Positions 1 through 9,302 of a stretch of DNA of 64,000 nt are shown piece after piece (position 1 is the first letter of the stretch; every line of letters starts with the position of its first letter). The translations under genes and the position numbers were made by a program. Source of the DNA: a virus. Under the pieces are notes generated by a model. The model ran no database searches. It was not told where the DNA came from and saw only the letters and a program-made list of their open reading frames with translations. Location of the stretch: positions 96,001 to 160,000 of the IMG/VR virus record IMGVR_UViG_3300028197_000003; one strand, given 5' to 3'.

Positions 1-148
1 TGATGCAGATGACGTTCTGTCCATCGGTGCTAATGCTGTTTCCTTGAATGGTGGCACGATCAAGGACAAAGGTACGAGCACTGTCTCTACTATCACAAAC
101 TCCGGCGCAATTGGTACTGCAGCAGGATCAATTACTGTAGTTGCATAA
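1..148 (+). CDS. 3' end of an upstream gene, probably a virion structural or fibre-like protein (partial)
   Basis: Frame 2 is open from the window edge: DADDVLSIGANAVSLNGGTIKDKGTSTVSTITNSGAIGTAAGSITVVA*, G/T/S-rich. Confidence 0.55.
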   Translation, partial: DADDVLSIGANAVSLNGGTIKDKGTSTVSTITNSGAIGTAAGSITVVA

Positions 149-155
149 TTTCTAA

Positions 156-536
156 ATGCGATTTGATGAACTAAATGATGACAATTATTTGCTCTTCGCT
201 ATAAAATATTACGAAAATCCTCTTGCGGCAACAATGGAGGATTTTCAAAATGATATGAGGCGGTTCAAATATATCAAAAGATTATTCAAAAAATATATGA
301 TTCAAGGAGGTGAACTAAAGTATCATCTAATTCTAAATCATCTTATTATTTGTTTCAATATCTTTGATGAAGGCGCTGTTCCTTTATTATTCTATAAGAT
401 AGATCGAGAGTATTGGTCAATGCTCAAAACATTTCTTATATTCTTGAATAGGATTCCAGAATACCCAAAATCTGGACTAGATGATCTACAAATTGATAAT
501 GAAGTATACTCTATACTAAATTCAATTGATGGATGA
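156..536 (+). CDS. conserved cyanomyovirus hypothetical protein
   Basis: 126-aa ORF (MRFDELNDDNYLLFAIKYYENP...) in its usual position upstream of primase. Confidence 0.8.
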   Translation: MRFDELNDDNYLLFAIKYYENPLAATMEDFQNDMRRFKYIKRLFKKYMIQGGELKYHLILNHLIICFNIFDEGAVPLLFYKIDREYWSMLKTFLIFLNRIPEYPKSGLDDLQIDNEVYSILNSIDG

Positions 537-711
537 CGCCAAGTTTCAAAGAATTCTAAATATTCTCAGAGAAGATGTACCCACGAATAGTATTTCGGGG
601 GGAAAAATTGCAGGTTCTCAAGAAGCTGGTGACGATCCTCCGGTACGGAGGAAAAAAAAGAAATACGCTTACTTAGGACCACGTTCACGTAAAACTTGGA
701 TGCCAAAGTGA
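529..711 (+). CDS. hypothetical protein
   Basis: Short ORF with basic C-terminus; ATG at 529 overlaps the previous gene. Confidence 0.65.
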   Translation: MDDAKFQRILNILREDVPTNSISGGKIAGSQEAGDDPPVRRKKKKYAYLGPRSRKTWMPK

Positions 712-1088
712 ATTCTGATCAAGTCAATAGCGCCATTCTAGAACGGTTAGAAAAAATCGTTATGTCTTTGCAGGATAATTCTGTAAAGATGGGCCAGTTA
801 CTTGCTGTTCATAATGAAAAACTTTCAAAACAGGATGAGATTGATTCTGTTTTGTTCTATAAGATTGACGAGCTCCGTTCAATGACGATGGAGGAGACTA
901 CTAAGATCAAAAATGGATGTGAACGTGACATTCGTCTGGTTGATCTGCGTCTTCGGTCAATTGAGAAGAAAATGTGGAGCATTGCTGGTGCTCTTACGAT
1001 CATTAGCATATGCGTTTCTCCTATTGGAGTAAGAATGTTTTCTCTATTGACACCTCAGTCCACTAGTGCTATGGTGACAGCGAAGTAA
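696..1088 (+). CDS. hypothetical coiled-coil protein with C-terminal hydrophobic segment
   Basis: 130-aa ORF; start uncertain (TTG696 or GTG708). Confidence 0.7.
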   Translation: MDAKVNSDQVNSAILERLEKIVMSLQDNSVKMGQLLAVHNEKLSKQDEIDSVLFYKIDELRSMTMEETTKIKNGCERDIRLVDLRLRSIEKKMWSIAGALTIISICVSPIGVRMFSLLTPQSTSAMVTAK

Positions 1089-1099
1089 GACACGGTAAC

Positions 1100-2071
1100 G
1101 TGCTCCACATTGATGCCAAATACATTGGCTTGGTATCAGCTCGTCTCGACAAGTTCAAACGTGTAAAGGATCATCTATACACGTTTCGGTGTCCTTATTG
1201 TGGGGACTCCAAGAAGAACAAGAATAAGACACGAGGATACTTATACCAAGTAAAGACTGACTACAACTTCAAGTGCCATAACTGTGGTGAGTCAAGGTCT
1301 TTTACATATTTCCTGAAAGACAGGGACCGTCAACTGTACGATCAGTACATTCTTGAGCGATATAAAGAAGGGATCACTGGTATTGGATCAGTTGCTCCTA
1401 ACTTTGTGTATACAGGTAAAAAACCAGTCTTCAAAACGAAGATGGACTTACCTAGAGCAACTGAAAATGTAGATTCTGCAAGGTATTTGACCAAACGTGG
1501 TCTAGATCCAAAGGATTATTTCTACGCTGAGAAGTTTCAGAGGTTCTGCAACACATACAAACCTACGTATGACAACATCACACGTGATCATGCACGTATT
1601 GTCATACCAATGTACAGTAAGAGTAAAAAACTAATCGGGTTTCAGGGGAGGGCGTTGGACAATTATGTGCAACCTAAATATCTCACCATGATGCTTGATG
1701 AGGAACATCCAAAGATCTACGGGTTAGATAAAATTGACAAAGAAGAGACCGTTTACGTCGCAGAAGGACCATTCGACTCCACTTTCCTTGGGAACTCTAT
1801 CGCTATGTGTGGTAGCGATGTTGACCTTGGCACTATGGATTATAAGTTCGTGTTCGTCTATGACAACGAACCCCGTTCCAGGGAGATCGTCTCTAAAATT
1901 GCTAAGACCATCGCAAAGTCATATCCGGTAGTTATTTTTCCATCATCAGTTCATGAAAAGGACTTGAATGACATGCATCTTGCTGGACATGATGTCCAAA
2001 ATCTGATAGAATCTAATACCTACAAGGGATTAGAGGCGACATTGAAACTTCAAACGTGGAAACGGGTATGA
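1100..2071 (+). CDS. gp61: DNA primase (T4 gp61-like)
   Basis: Zn finger CPYCGD...CHNC; TOPRIM motifs EGPFDS, YDNEPR, KDLND. Confidence 0.95.
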   Translation: MLHIDAKYIGLVSARLDKFKRVKDHLYTFRCPYCGDSKKNKNKTRGYLYQVKTDYNFKCHNCGESRSFTYFLKDRDRQLYDQYILERYKEGITGIGSVAPNFVYTGKKPVFKTKMDLPRATENVDSARYLTKRGLDPKDYFYAEKFQRFCNTYKPTYDNITRDHARIVIPMYSKSKKLIGFQGRALDNYVQPKYLTMMLDEEHPKIYGLDKIDKEETVYVAEGPFDSTFLGNSIAMCGSDVDLGTMDYKFVFVYDNEPRSREIVSKIAKTIAKSYPVVIFPSSVHEKDLNDMHLAGHDVQNLIESNTYKGLEATLKLQTWKRV

Positions 2072-4362
2072 GCAACGGCACCAAGGTAGTAAAGCGTAAC
2101 GGTTCTATTGAACCTCTAGACCTTGATAAGATGCATTTGATGGTAGAGAAGGCATGCGAGGGACTCGCTGGCGTATCTGCCTCACAGGTTGAAATCCAAT
2201 CAGGTATCCAGTTCTTTGATGGTATCAGCACTGCTGAAATCCAAGAGATTTTGATCAAATCTGCTTCAGATCTTATTTCTCTGGAAGTTCCTAACTATCA
2301 GTTTGTTGCTGCTCGTCTGCTTCTGTTTTCAATCCGTAAACAACTTTACGGTTTGATTGACGACATGCCTCCTATGCATGAACATATTTCTAAGTGTATT
2401 GGACTAAGTGTTTATGATACAAGCATCATAGATAAGTATAGTGACAAAGATATTGCCACACTTGATACTTATATTGATCATGACCGTGACTATCTGTTTA
2501 CTTTTGCCGGTCTCCGTCAAGTAGTTGATAAGTATCTGGTCCAAGATCGTAGTAACGGAGAAGTCTTTGAGACTCCTCAGCAAATGTACATGATGATTTC
2601 GGCAACTTTGTTTGCTAATTATCCACAAGAAACTCGTCTGTCATATGTCAAAAGATACTACGACGCAATCAGCAGACACAAGATCAACATCCCAACGCCC
2701 ATCATGGCAGGTGTCAGAACACCCCTGCGACAATTTGCTTCTTGCGTTCTTGTTGATGTTGCTGACACCCTCGACAGTATCTTTAGCTCTGATATGGCTG
2801 TTGGCAAATACGTTGCACAACGGGCGGGTATCGGCATCAACGCAGGTGCAATCCGTGGCATCAACGCTAAAATCAGAGGCGGAGAGGTTCAACACACAGG
2901 TGTTATCCCCTTCCTCAAAAAGTTTGAATCAACTGTTCGATGCTGTACACAAAACGGTGTACGAGGTGGGTCAGCAACTGTCCACTTTCCAATCTGGCAT
3001 CAAGAGATAGAGGACATCATTGTTCTCAAGAACAACAAAGGCACAGAAGACAATCGGGTACGTAAACTTGACTACTCAATTCAATTCAGCAAAATTTTCT
3101 ACGAGCGTTTCATCCAGAATGGAGAAATTAGCTTATTCTCACCGCATGATGTACCAGGTCTGTATGATTCCTTTGGTACTGATAGGTTCGATGATTTATA
3201 TGTGGAGTTTGAACGAGATGAGTCTGTTCCAAGAAAGACTATCGGAGCACAAGATCTAATCCTTACAATCCTGAAGGAGAGGGCAGAGACTGGTCGTATT
3301 TACATCATGAATATCGACCATTGTAATACTCATTCTTCGTTTACTGATAGGGTATCGATGAGCAACCTGTGTCAAGAGATTACTCTCCCCACAGACCCTA
3401 TTGAGCACATCGATGGAGCGGGTGAAATTGCTCTTTGTATCCTGTCTGCTATCAACGTGGGTACGGTGCGATCTGACACTGAACTGGAAGACTATTGTGA
3501 GTTGACTGTTCGTGCTTTAGATGAATTGATTGAGTATCAAGAGTATCCTGTCAAAGCAGCAGAAATTAGCACAAAAGCACGTCGCTCACTGGGAATTGGG
3601 TTCATTGGTCTGGCACACTATCTTGCCAGACTTGGATACAGTTATGATAGTCAAGAGGCATGGGAAGCAGTCCATCAACTGACGGAATCATTCCAGTATT
3701 ATCTCCTCAAAGCGTCTAATAAATTGGCAGAAGAGAAAGGTGCATGTGAATACTTCTCTCGGACTAAATATTCTCACGGTCAACTACCAATAGATCATTA
3801 CAAGCGTGATGTTGACGAGATTACAACTGCTGAATTGCAACATGATTGGGATAGTCTTAGGGTATCTATCTCGAAGTATGGATTACGGCACTCAACACTG
3901 TCCGCACAAATGCCTTCGGAGAGCAGTTCCGTTGTGTCAAATGCCACCAACGGAATTGAGCCCCCGCGTGATTGTTTGTCCATCAAGAAAAGTAAAAAGG
4001 GGCCTCTCAAGCAGGTTGTTCCCCAGTATCAACGCTTGAAGAATCAGTACACTCTTCTCTGGGAAATGAAAGGTAACCGAGGTTACATCAATGTGGTTTC
4101 TGTTATGCAGAAATTCTTTGATCAGGCAATCTCTGGTAACTGGTCTTATAATCCCAGTGACTATGACAACAACGAAGTACCGGTGTCTGTCATGGCAAAT
4201 GATCTTCTAACCACATACAAGTATGGTTGGAAAACTTCTTATTATCAAAATACAAATGACCTCAAGTCGGACGAGATGGAAGAACCGGCAGTAGATCTTG
4301 CAAGTTTAGTTGCTGCGATCCAAACTGAAGACGAAGAAACCTGTGAATCCTGTGCAATTTAG
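2068..4362 (+). CDS. nrdA: ribonucleotide reductase class Ia alpha subunit
   Basis: N-terminal ATP cone (VVKRNG), SNLCQEI catalytic motif, C-terminal CESCAI; no intein. Confidence 0.98.
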   Translation: MSNGTKVVKRNGSIEPLDLDKMHLMVEKACEGLAGVSASQVEIQSGIQFFDGISTAEIQEILIKSASDLISLEVPNYQFVAARLLLFSIRKQLYGLIDDMPPMHEHISKCIGLSVYDTSIIDKYSDKDIATLDTYIDHDRDYLFTFAGLRQVVDKYLVQDRSNGEVFETPQQMYMMISATLFANYPQETRLSYVKRYYDAISRHKINIPTPIMAGVRTPLRQFASCVLVDVADTLDSIFSSDMAVGKYVAQRAGIGINAGAIRGINAKIRGGEVQHTGVIPFLKKFESTVRCCTQNGVRGGSATVHFPIWHQEIEDIIVLKNNKGTEDNRVRKLDYSIQFSKIFYERFIQNGEISLFSPHDVPGLYDSFGTDRFDDLYVEFERDESVPRKTIGAQDLILTILKERAETGRIYIMNIDHCNTHSSFTDRVSMSNLCQEITLPTDPIEHIDGAGEIALCILSAINVGTVRSDTELEDYCELTVRALDELIEYQEYPVKAAEISTKARRSLGIGFIGLAHYLARLGYSYDSQEAWEAVHQLTESFQYYLLKASNKLAEEKGACEYFSRTKYSHGQLPIDHYKRDVDEITTAELQHDWDSLRVSISKYGLRHSTLSAQMPSESSSVVSNATNGIEPPRDCLSIKKSKKGPLKQVVPQYQRLKNQYTLLWEMKGNRGYINVVSVMQKFFDQAISGNWSYNPSDYDNNEVPVSVMANDLLTTYKYGWKTSYYQNTNDLKSDEMEEPAVDLASLVAAIQTEDEETCESCAI

Positions 4363-5530
4363 AAAAACTTCCGCCGACAAGAGTATGTCTGTCAAAGGCA
4401 TGACTGTGTTCAATGATACTTACGTGGACACTAAGACTCAACCAATGTTTTTTGGGGCACCTCTGGGTGTTCAACGATACGACTCATACAAGTATCCAGT
4501 CTTTGAAAAGCTGACCAATCAGATGCTTGGATACTTCTGGCGTCCTGAAGAGGTGTCCCTTCAGAAGGACCGTGGAGACTATAAGACTCTGCGTCCTGAG
4601 CAGAAGCACATCTTCACATCTAACCTGAAGTATCAGATCCTTCTGGACTCTGTGCAGGGTCGTGGTCCTGGTATGGCATTCTCTCCATACTGTGCTCTTC
4701 CTGAGTTGGAAGGTGCTATGAATGTGTGGCAGTTTATGGAGATGATCCACTCACGTTCTTACACTTACATCATCAAGAACATCTACCCAGATCCTGCTGA
4801 GGTCTTTGATACTATTCTGGATGACCAACGTATCCTGGCACGTGCTAAGAGTGTCACTAAAGCGTATGATGACTTCCTAGAAGTAGCAAATGAGTGGGGT
4901 GCTGGTAACATGTGGACAGCAGACTATGCTGATTCACCTACTGCTATCTACACTCGTAAGGAACTGAAGCGTCGTTTGTATCTGGCAATACAAAACGTCA
5001 ATATCCTTGAGGGTATTCGTTTCTATGTGTCTTTTGCTTGTTCATTTGCTTTTGGTGAACTGAAACTGATGGAAGGATCTGCCAAGATTATTTCTTTGAT
5101 TGCACGTGATGAGAACCAGCACACTGTACTGACTCAACAAATTATCAAGGCATGGCAGAAGGGTGATGATCCTGAGATGCTAGACATCATCAAAGAAGAA
5201 GAGCAAACCGTCACTGATATGTTTTCTAATGCAGTGGAAGAAGAGAAGGAGTGGGCACAGTATCTGTTCAAGGATGGCAGCATGATTGGTCTCAACGACA
5301 AACTCCTCGTCAAGTATGTGGAGTGGATCGCTAATAAGCGTATGCGTGCGATTGGTTTGAAACCCCTATACGACGCTCCAATCCATTCTAATCCTCTTCC
5401 TTGGACTGAGCACTGGATCTCTTCTAAGGGTCTTCAGGTCGCCCCACAGGAGACGGAGGTGGAGTCTTATGTCGTGGGGGGTATCAAGCAAGATGTTCAG
5501 AAAGATTCATTCAGTGGATTCCAACTCTAA
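4343..5530 (+). CDS. nrdB: ribonucleotide reductase class Ia beta subunit
   Basis: FWRPEEV, EMIHSRSY, EGIRFYVSFACSFAF, RDENQH; start GTG4343 is inferred. Confidence 0.97.
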   Translation: MNPVQFRKTSADKSMSVKGMTVFNDTYVDTKTQPMFFGAPLGVQRYDSYKYPVFEKLTNQMLGYFWRPEEVSLQKDRGDYKTLRPEQKHIFTSNLKYQILLDSVQGRGPGMAFSPYCALPELEGAMNVWQFMEMIHSRSYTYIIKNIYPDPAEVFDTILDDQRILARAKSVTKAYDDFLEVANEWGAGNMWTADYADSPTAIYTRKELKRRLYLAIQNVNILEGIRFYVSFACSFAFGELKLMEGSAKIISLIARDENQHTVLTQQIIKAWQKGDDPEMLDIIKEEEQTVTDMFSNAVEEEKEWAQYLFKDGSMIGLNDKLLVKYVEWIANKRMRAIGLKPLYDAPIHSNPLPWTEHWISSKGLQVAPQETEVESYVVGGIKQDVQKDSFSGFQL

Positions 5531-5533
5531 CTG

Positions 5534-6001
5534 ATGAAACGGGTGCAACTAACAACTAACTTTTATAAAAGAGTTCAAGGTTATTGGTCCCTAGATCTTG
5601 CTACATGTCATAAAGAAGCATTTGAGATGCTGAATGACATAGACAGTCCACTATTGTTGGAACTATACGCTTACTCTAATGATCATTATGTTGCTAAGAA
5701 TTGGAGTGGTAAAACTCTAGGTGAATGGTGGTGGGATAATCGATCACCTGAGTGGGCATATAAGTTTATGAATGATATGCATAATCTTTACTATGAATTT
5801 AGTAAGAGAACCTTAGTTCAGGATGGAGTGACTTATAGATTGTCTTATGTTGATATGCACCCTGGGAATGTTTTAGTAAACCAGCATGGTGTCCCAAAGG
5901 TTATTGATTATGATTCTATAGGTTGGGTCCGAGAAAAAAATATTACATATTATCAGGCAAAAGCTACATATGCTATATCACACTTCCTAGAATTAGAATG
6001 A
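5534..6001 (+). CDS. small kinase-fold/phosphotransferase-like protein (APH/Kdo-like)
   Basis: YVDMHPGNVLV catalytic-loop-like motif and KVIDYD metal-binding-like motif. Confidence 0.6.
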   Translation: MKRVQLTTNFYKRVQGYWSLDLATCHKEAFEMLNDIDSPLLLELYAYSNDHYVAKNWSGKTLGEWWWDNRSPEWAYKFMNDMHNLYYEFSKRTLVQDGVTYRLSYVDMHPGNVLVNQHGVPKVIDYDSIGWVREKNITYYQAKATYAISHFLELE

Positions 6002-6687
6002 AATTTTATTTTGATGGGGACTCTTTTACTTATGGTGGTAGTCTAGACAAAGTAGGTGCAGTTGCAGAAGAAGTTAGGTGGTCTAAGTTAGTATGTGATC
6101 ACTTTGGTGCTGAAGAAATAAACTTATCTACTGGTGGTGCTAGTAACGATGCAGTTATGAGGCATACGTTTAGTAGACCCACTACTGAGGTTCATGACTT
6201 TTATTTTTTTCAAACCACTATTCCTAGTAGAGGTGAGATTTTTGACCCTAAAACGCAGGGGTGGATGAAATATGGTCTGAATGAGGATGTAGAAACCAGA
6301 TGTATGGAACGATGGGGACCCATAGAAGGACCAAAATTTATACAGTGGATACGGTTTGGATTTAGTAGAGTCCATAATGAACATTATGGGAGGACTAAAG
6401 AAACTATTACATACAATGCATTGAAGTCTTACGTTGCATCTATAGGTCGAGCAAGAAGATCTTTCTTTAGTACGTTAGTGCGTTTTGAAAAAGACAAACC
6501 ATGTACTGATAATAAGTATGATCTGTATCACATAAACAAAATAAACAACTGGCCTAAGCATAAAGTTGTACCACCAGAACTATTGGTATATGATAAAATA
6601 CCCAACGATGGACACCCTTCTGTAGAAGGGCATAAGACAATAGCAAAATACGTTATAGATATAGTAACTGAAAGAATCAAAGATTGA
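5998..6687 (+). CDS. SGNH/GDSL hydrolase-like protein, copy 1
   Basis: FDGDSFTYG block I, GASND, C-terminal DGHPS; ATG5998 overlaps the previous stop. Confidence 0.75.
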   Translation: MKFYFDGDSFTYGGSLDKVGAVAEEVRWSKLVCDHFGAEEINLSTGGASNDAVMRHTFSRPTTEVHDFYFFQTTIPSRGEIFDPKTQGWMKYGLNEDVETRCMERWGPIEGPKFIQWIRFGFSRVHNEHYGRTKETITYNALKSYVASIGRARRSFFSTLVRFEKDKPCTDNKYDLYHINKINNWPKHKVVPPELLVYDKIPNDGHPSVEGHKTIAKYVIDIVTERIKD

Positions 6688-7376
6688 AGTTTTATTTTGA
6701 CGGTGATTCATTTACATATGGTGGGGGCCTCAAAAAAGTATTAGGTATAGATCCAGAAGATGTAAGGTGGTCTAAGTTAGTATGTGATCACTTTGGTGCT
6801 GAAGAAATAAACTTATCTTCTTGTGGTTCTAGTAACGATGCAGTTATAAGGCACATTTTCAGTAAACCTACTAGTGAGGTTTATGATTTTTATTTTCTGC
6901 AAACCACTATTCCTACTAGAGGTGAGTTTTTTGATCCTAAAACGCAGGGGTGGACAAGATATAGTTTTGGGAAGGGTATGAAGGAGAAATGTATATCTCG
7001 GTGGGGACCTATAGAAGGAGCAAAGTTTATACAGTGGATGGAGTTTGGATTTAGTAGAGTCTATAATGATCATTATGGAAAAACTAAAGAAACTATTGTA
7101 TACAATGCAATGAAAGCATACGTTGCATCTGTGGGTCGAGCAAGAAGATCTTTCTTTAGTACGTTGGTACCTTTTCAATGCACTGATAATAAGTATGATC
7201 TGTATCACATAGGCAAAAGGGACTGGCCTAAGGATAAACCTATGCCACCAGAACTATTGGTATATGATAAAATACCCGACGATGGGCATCCTTCTGTAGA
7301 AGGACATAAGACGATAGCAAAATACGTTATAGATATAGTAAGTGAGCGACTAAGTGATGAGGGTTCAGTCTGCTAA
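6684..7376 (+). CDS. SGNH/GDSL hydrolase-like protein, copy 2 (tandem paralogue)
   Basis: Same motifs; long stretches identical to copy 1; TTG start. Confidence 0.75.
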   Translation: MKFYFDGDSFTYGGGLKKVLGIDPEDVRWSKLVCDHFGAEEINLSSCGSSNDAVIRHIFSKPTSEVYDFYFLQTTIPTRGEFFDPKTQGWTRYSFGKGMKEKCISRWGPIEGAKFIQWMEFGFSRVYNDHYGKTKETIVYNAMKAYVASVGRARRSFFSTLVPFQCTDNKYDLYHIGKRDWPKDKPMPPELLVYDKIPDDGHPSVEGHKTIAKYVIDIVSERLSDEGSVC

Positions 7377-7692
7377 GGCAAAGGGTAGGAGACTACAACA
7401 GTGGGTGAGAGACATGCTCATCGAGATGTTAGAAGTACATCCTGAGGATGTTGAATCTAGATCTATGGGTGCGGGTGGTGAAGACATCATCATGGCACGT
7501 GCAGCTAGACAAAAGTTTCCTTTCTCAGTAGAATGTAAGAACACAGAAAAACTAAACGTCTGGGATGCGTATGACCAGGCATGTGCTAACTCTGGTGATT
7601 ACGAACCAATTCTCTTTATAAAAAAGAATGGCAGGAAACCACTCGCTATACTCGATGCGGAAAGCTTTATTAGATCCAACCGACATGAATGA
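7357..7692 (+). CDS. PD-(D/E)xK nuclease, Holliday-junction-resolvase-like
   Basis: AKAKGRRLQQ...GEDII...FSVECK motif pattern. Confidence 0.65.
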   Translation: MRVQSAKAKGRRLQQWVRDMLIEMLEVHPEDVESRSMGAGGEDIIMARAARQKFPFSVECKNTEKLNVWDAYDQACANSGDYEPILFIKKNGRKPLAILDAESFIRSNRHE

Positions 7693-7921
7693 TTGGAGGT
7701 ACTCTGAGGAACGAATGCTACTTCGTGCTGAAGTATTTCGTGCTCTTTCTCATCACCTAAATGATCATTGCAGACTCGTATATGAGTTTTGTCATGACTG
7801 GGTGAGTCAAGGTAATAAAACAACTATTGGAGTCGAGCAAAGATTCCAAGACTTCATCCGTGATTGTGCCGAAACTTTGTACACACTAACTCCTATTGAG
7901 GAACATGCAGAAAATCATTAG
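7685..7921 (+). CDS. hypothetical protein
   Basis: ATG7685 overlaps the previous gene; 78 aa. Confidence 0.6.
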   Translation: MNDWRYSEERMLLRAEVFRALSHHLNDHCRLVYEFCHDWVSQGNKTTIGVEQRFQDFIRDCAETLYTLTPIEEHAENH

Positions 7922-8111
7922 CATCATGTCGATTTTTTCATTCGCAACTAGTCTTGCTGTTGTCAGCACCGCTGGTTATGTGTATGTAAATAAAGACAAT
8001 ATCACAAACAACATCAAAGAGCAGGTCACCAAAGGAATTGAGGAAGCAATTGTAGGTCAAATGGATGTTCCTGCTTTACCTGAGACCACTGGAGGTGTTC
8101 TTCCATTCTAA
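7905..8111 (+). CDS. small membrane protein
   Basis: N-terminal hydrophobic helix; MQKIIS...GGVLPF. Confidence 0.65.
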   Translation: MQKIISIMSIFSFATSLAVVSTAGYVYVNKDNITNNIKEQVTKGIEEAIVGQMDVPALPETTGGVLPF

Positions 8112-8114
8112 ATA

Positions 8115-8621
8115 ATGCCAGTGTCTTTCTGGCATATGGACGACAAATCTAAGACTGAAGAAAAGAAAGTAGAAGATGCGAAAGTAGATAAGAATTGGTT
8201 GGGACAACCAAAAAAGGATAAAAAAGAAGAGAAAGAAGACCAAGAAGATCGGATGCTGGCATTGTCCACACTCGTTCGTCTTGGTATTCTTATTTGGTCC
8301 GGCGGAATTCTTACTCTTGCCTACATCAAACTACCTCCTGCACTAGGTATTCCTGAACAGAAACTTGATCCAACTTTTATCGCCAGTGTCTTTACTGGGG
8401 TTTTAGCTACCTTCGGGGTTCAGGCAGGCAAAAAAGCAAACGGTGCCAACGGTAGTGCTGGTATCAGTAAGGCAGATATGGAACGTCTTATTGAAGCAGC
8501 AGCACGTACTGCTCCTGCACAAACAATTCGGATTGAACAAGGACCCTTGACAATAGGAACACAACCTCCTACTGTGTCCGAAGATGGTGCTCCTCCAGTT
8601 GTACCTCCTAAAAAGTCATGA
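8115..8621 (+). CDS. conserved cyanophage membrane protein
   Basis: Two hydrophobic segments, LDPTFIASVFTG motif. Confidence 0.7.
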   Translation: MPVSFWHMDDKSKTEEKKVEDAKVDKNWLGQPKKDKKEEKEDQEDRMLALSTLVRLGILIWSGGILTLAYIKLPPALGIPEQKLDPTFIASVFTGVLATFGVQAGKKANGANGSAGISKADMERLIEAAARTAPAQTIRIEQGPLTIGTQPPTVSEDGAPPVVPPKKS

Positions 8622-8749
8622 ACCTTGCTGATATTTTGTTGTGGGCATCAATTCCATTTGTGCTCGCCACTATAGCCTTCGGACTTTATAGGGGCGAGAA
8701 CTTTTATTATGAGAGTGATAAGTACGATGGGAATGGAACCGCACACTAA
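8618..8749 (+). CDS. ndhP: NdhP-like subunit of NDH-1L (43 aa, absent from the ORF track)
   Basis: MNLADILLWASIPFVLATIAFGLYRGENFYYESDKYDGNGTAH: one TM helix plus a tail resembling the NdhP C-terminus (FYDTDxYHGNGSAH). Confidence 0.75.
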   Translation: MNLADILLWASIPFVLATIAFGLYRGENFYYESDKYDGNGTAH

Positions 8750-8888
8750 GAAAGAAGTGCAGGAAATGATTGATGCCGCCATGGCAAAGCACAATCGCAA
8801 TGCATCAGCTATTAGTATCGTCCTAGGATCTGTAGCTCTCATCGGTTATGCTGATGGAATGCTTCGCATTATTGAAAAAATCAAATAA
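8727..8888 (+). CDS. small membrane protein (53 aa, absent from the ORF track)
   Basis: MGMEPHTKKEVQEMIDAAMAKHNRNASAISIVLGSVALIGYADGMLRIIEKIK fills the gap between genes. Confidence 0.6.
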   Translation: MGMEPHTKKEVQEMIDAAMAKHNRNASAISIVLGSVALIGYADGMLRIIEKIK

Positions 8889-8889
8889 T

Positions 8890-9078
8890 ATGAATCACGT
8901 TGAAACTCAAGCATATAACTTTGCTATGTCATCATTCGCAAGAATGTATGGTGTTAGAACTATACAATCTAATTATGCTGTACGTAAATTTTGTCGTGAT
9001 TGGGCAACCTCTGGAAAATCTGCACCTTTAGGCACTCTTACGAAAGTTGATTTTTACTTTCGGGATTTGTGGGTATGA
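8890..9078 (+). CDS. hypothetical protein
   Basis: ATG 1 nt after the previous stop; 62 aa. Confidence 0.6.
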   Translation: MNHVETQAYNFAMSSFARMYGVRTIQSNYAVRKFCRDWATSGKSAPLGTLTKVDFYFRDLWV

Positions 9079-9302
9079 ATTTATTACTACGACCTCTTGA
9101 TAATCCATCTGATCCTGTATGGTCAGTGATTATCATGACGATCCTTGTTGTAGCTATGGCGATTTATAGTATTTACTATATAATAGGAATTGATCAGAGG
9201 GAAAGTGGAGATTCCAGGGATCAACGTCAATCCAGTGGGGATACGACGCCTACAGATCGGACAACTGGACATCAGGGACGCCACGATTCAGAAGATTCCT
9301 GA
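9075..9302 (+). CDS. small membrane protein
   Basis: Single TM helix; MNLLLRPLDNPSDPVWSVI. Confidence 0.6.
   Translation: MNLLLRPLDNPSDPVWSVIIMTILVVAMAIYSIYYIIGIDQRESGDSRDQRQSSGDTTPTDRTTGHQGRHDSEDS

Noticed and set aside
2068-5530. Intein or intron in nrdA/nrdB
   Set aside because: Both have normal lengths and contiguous motifs.
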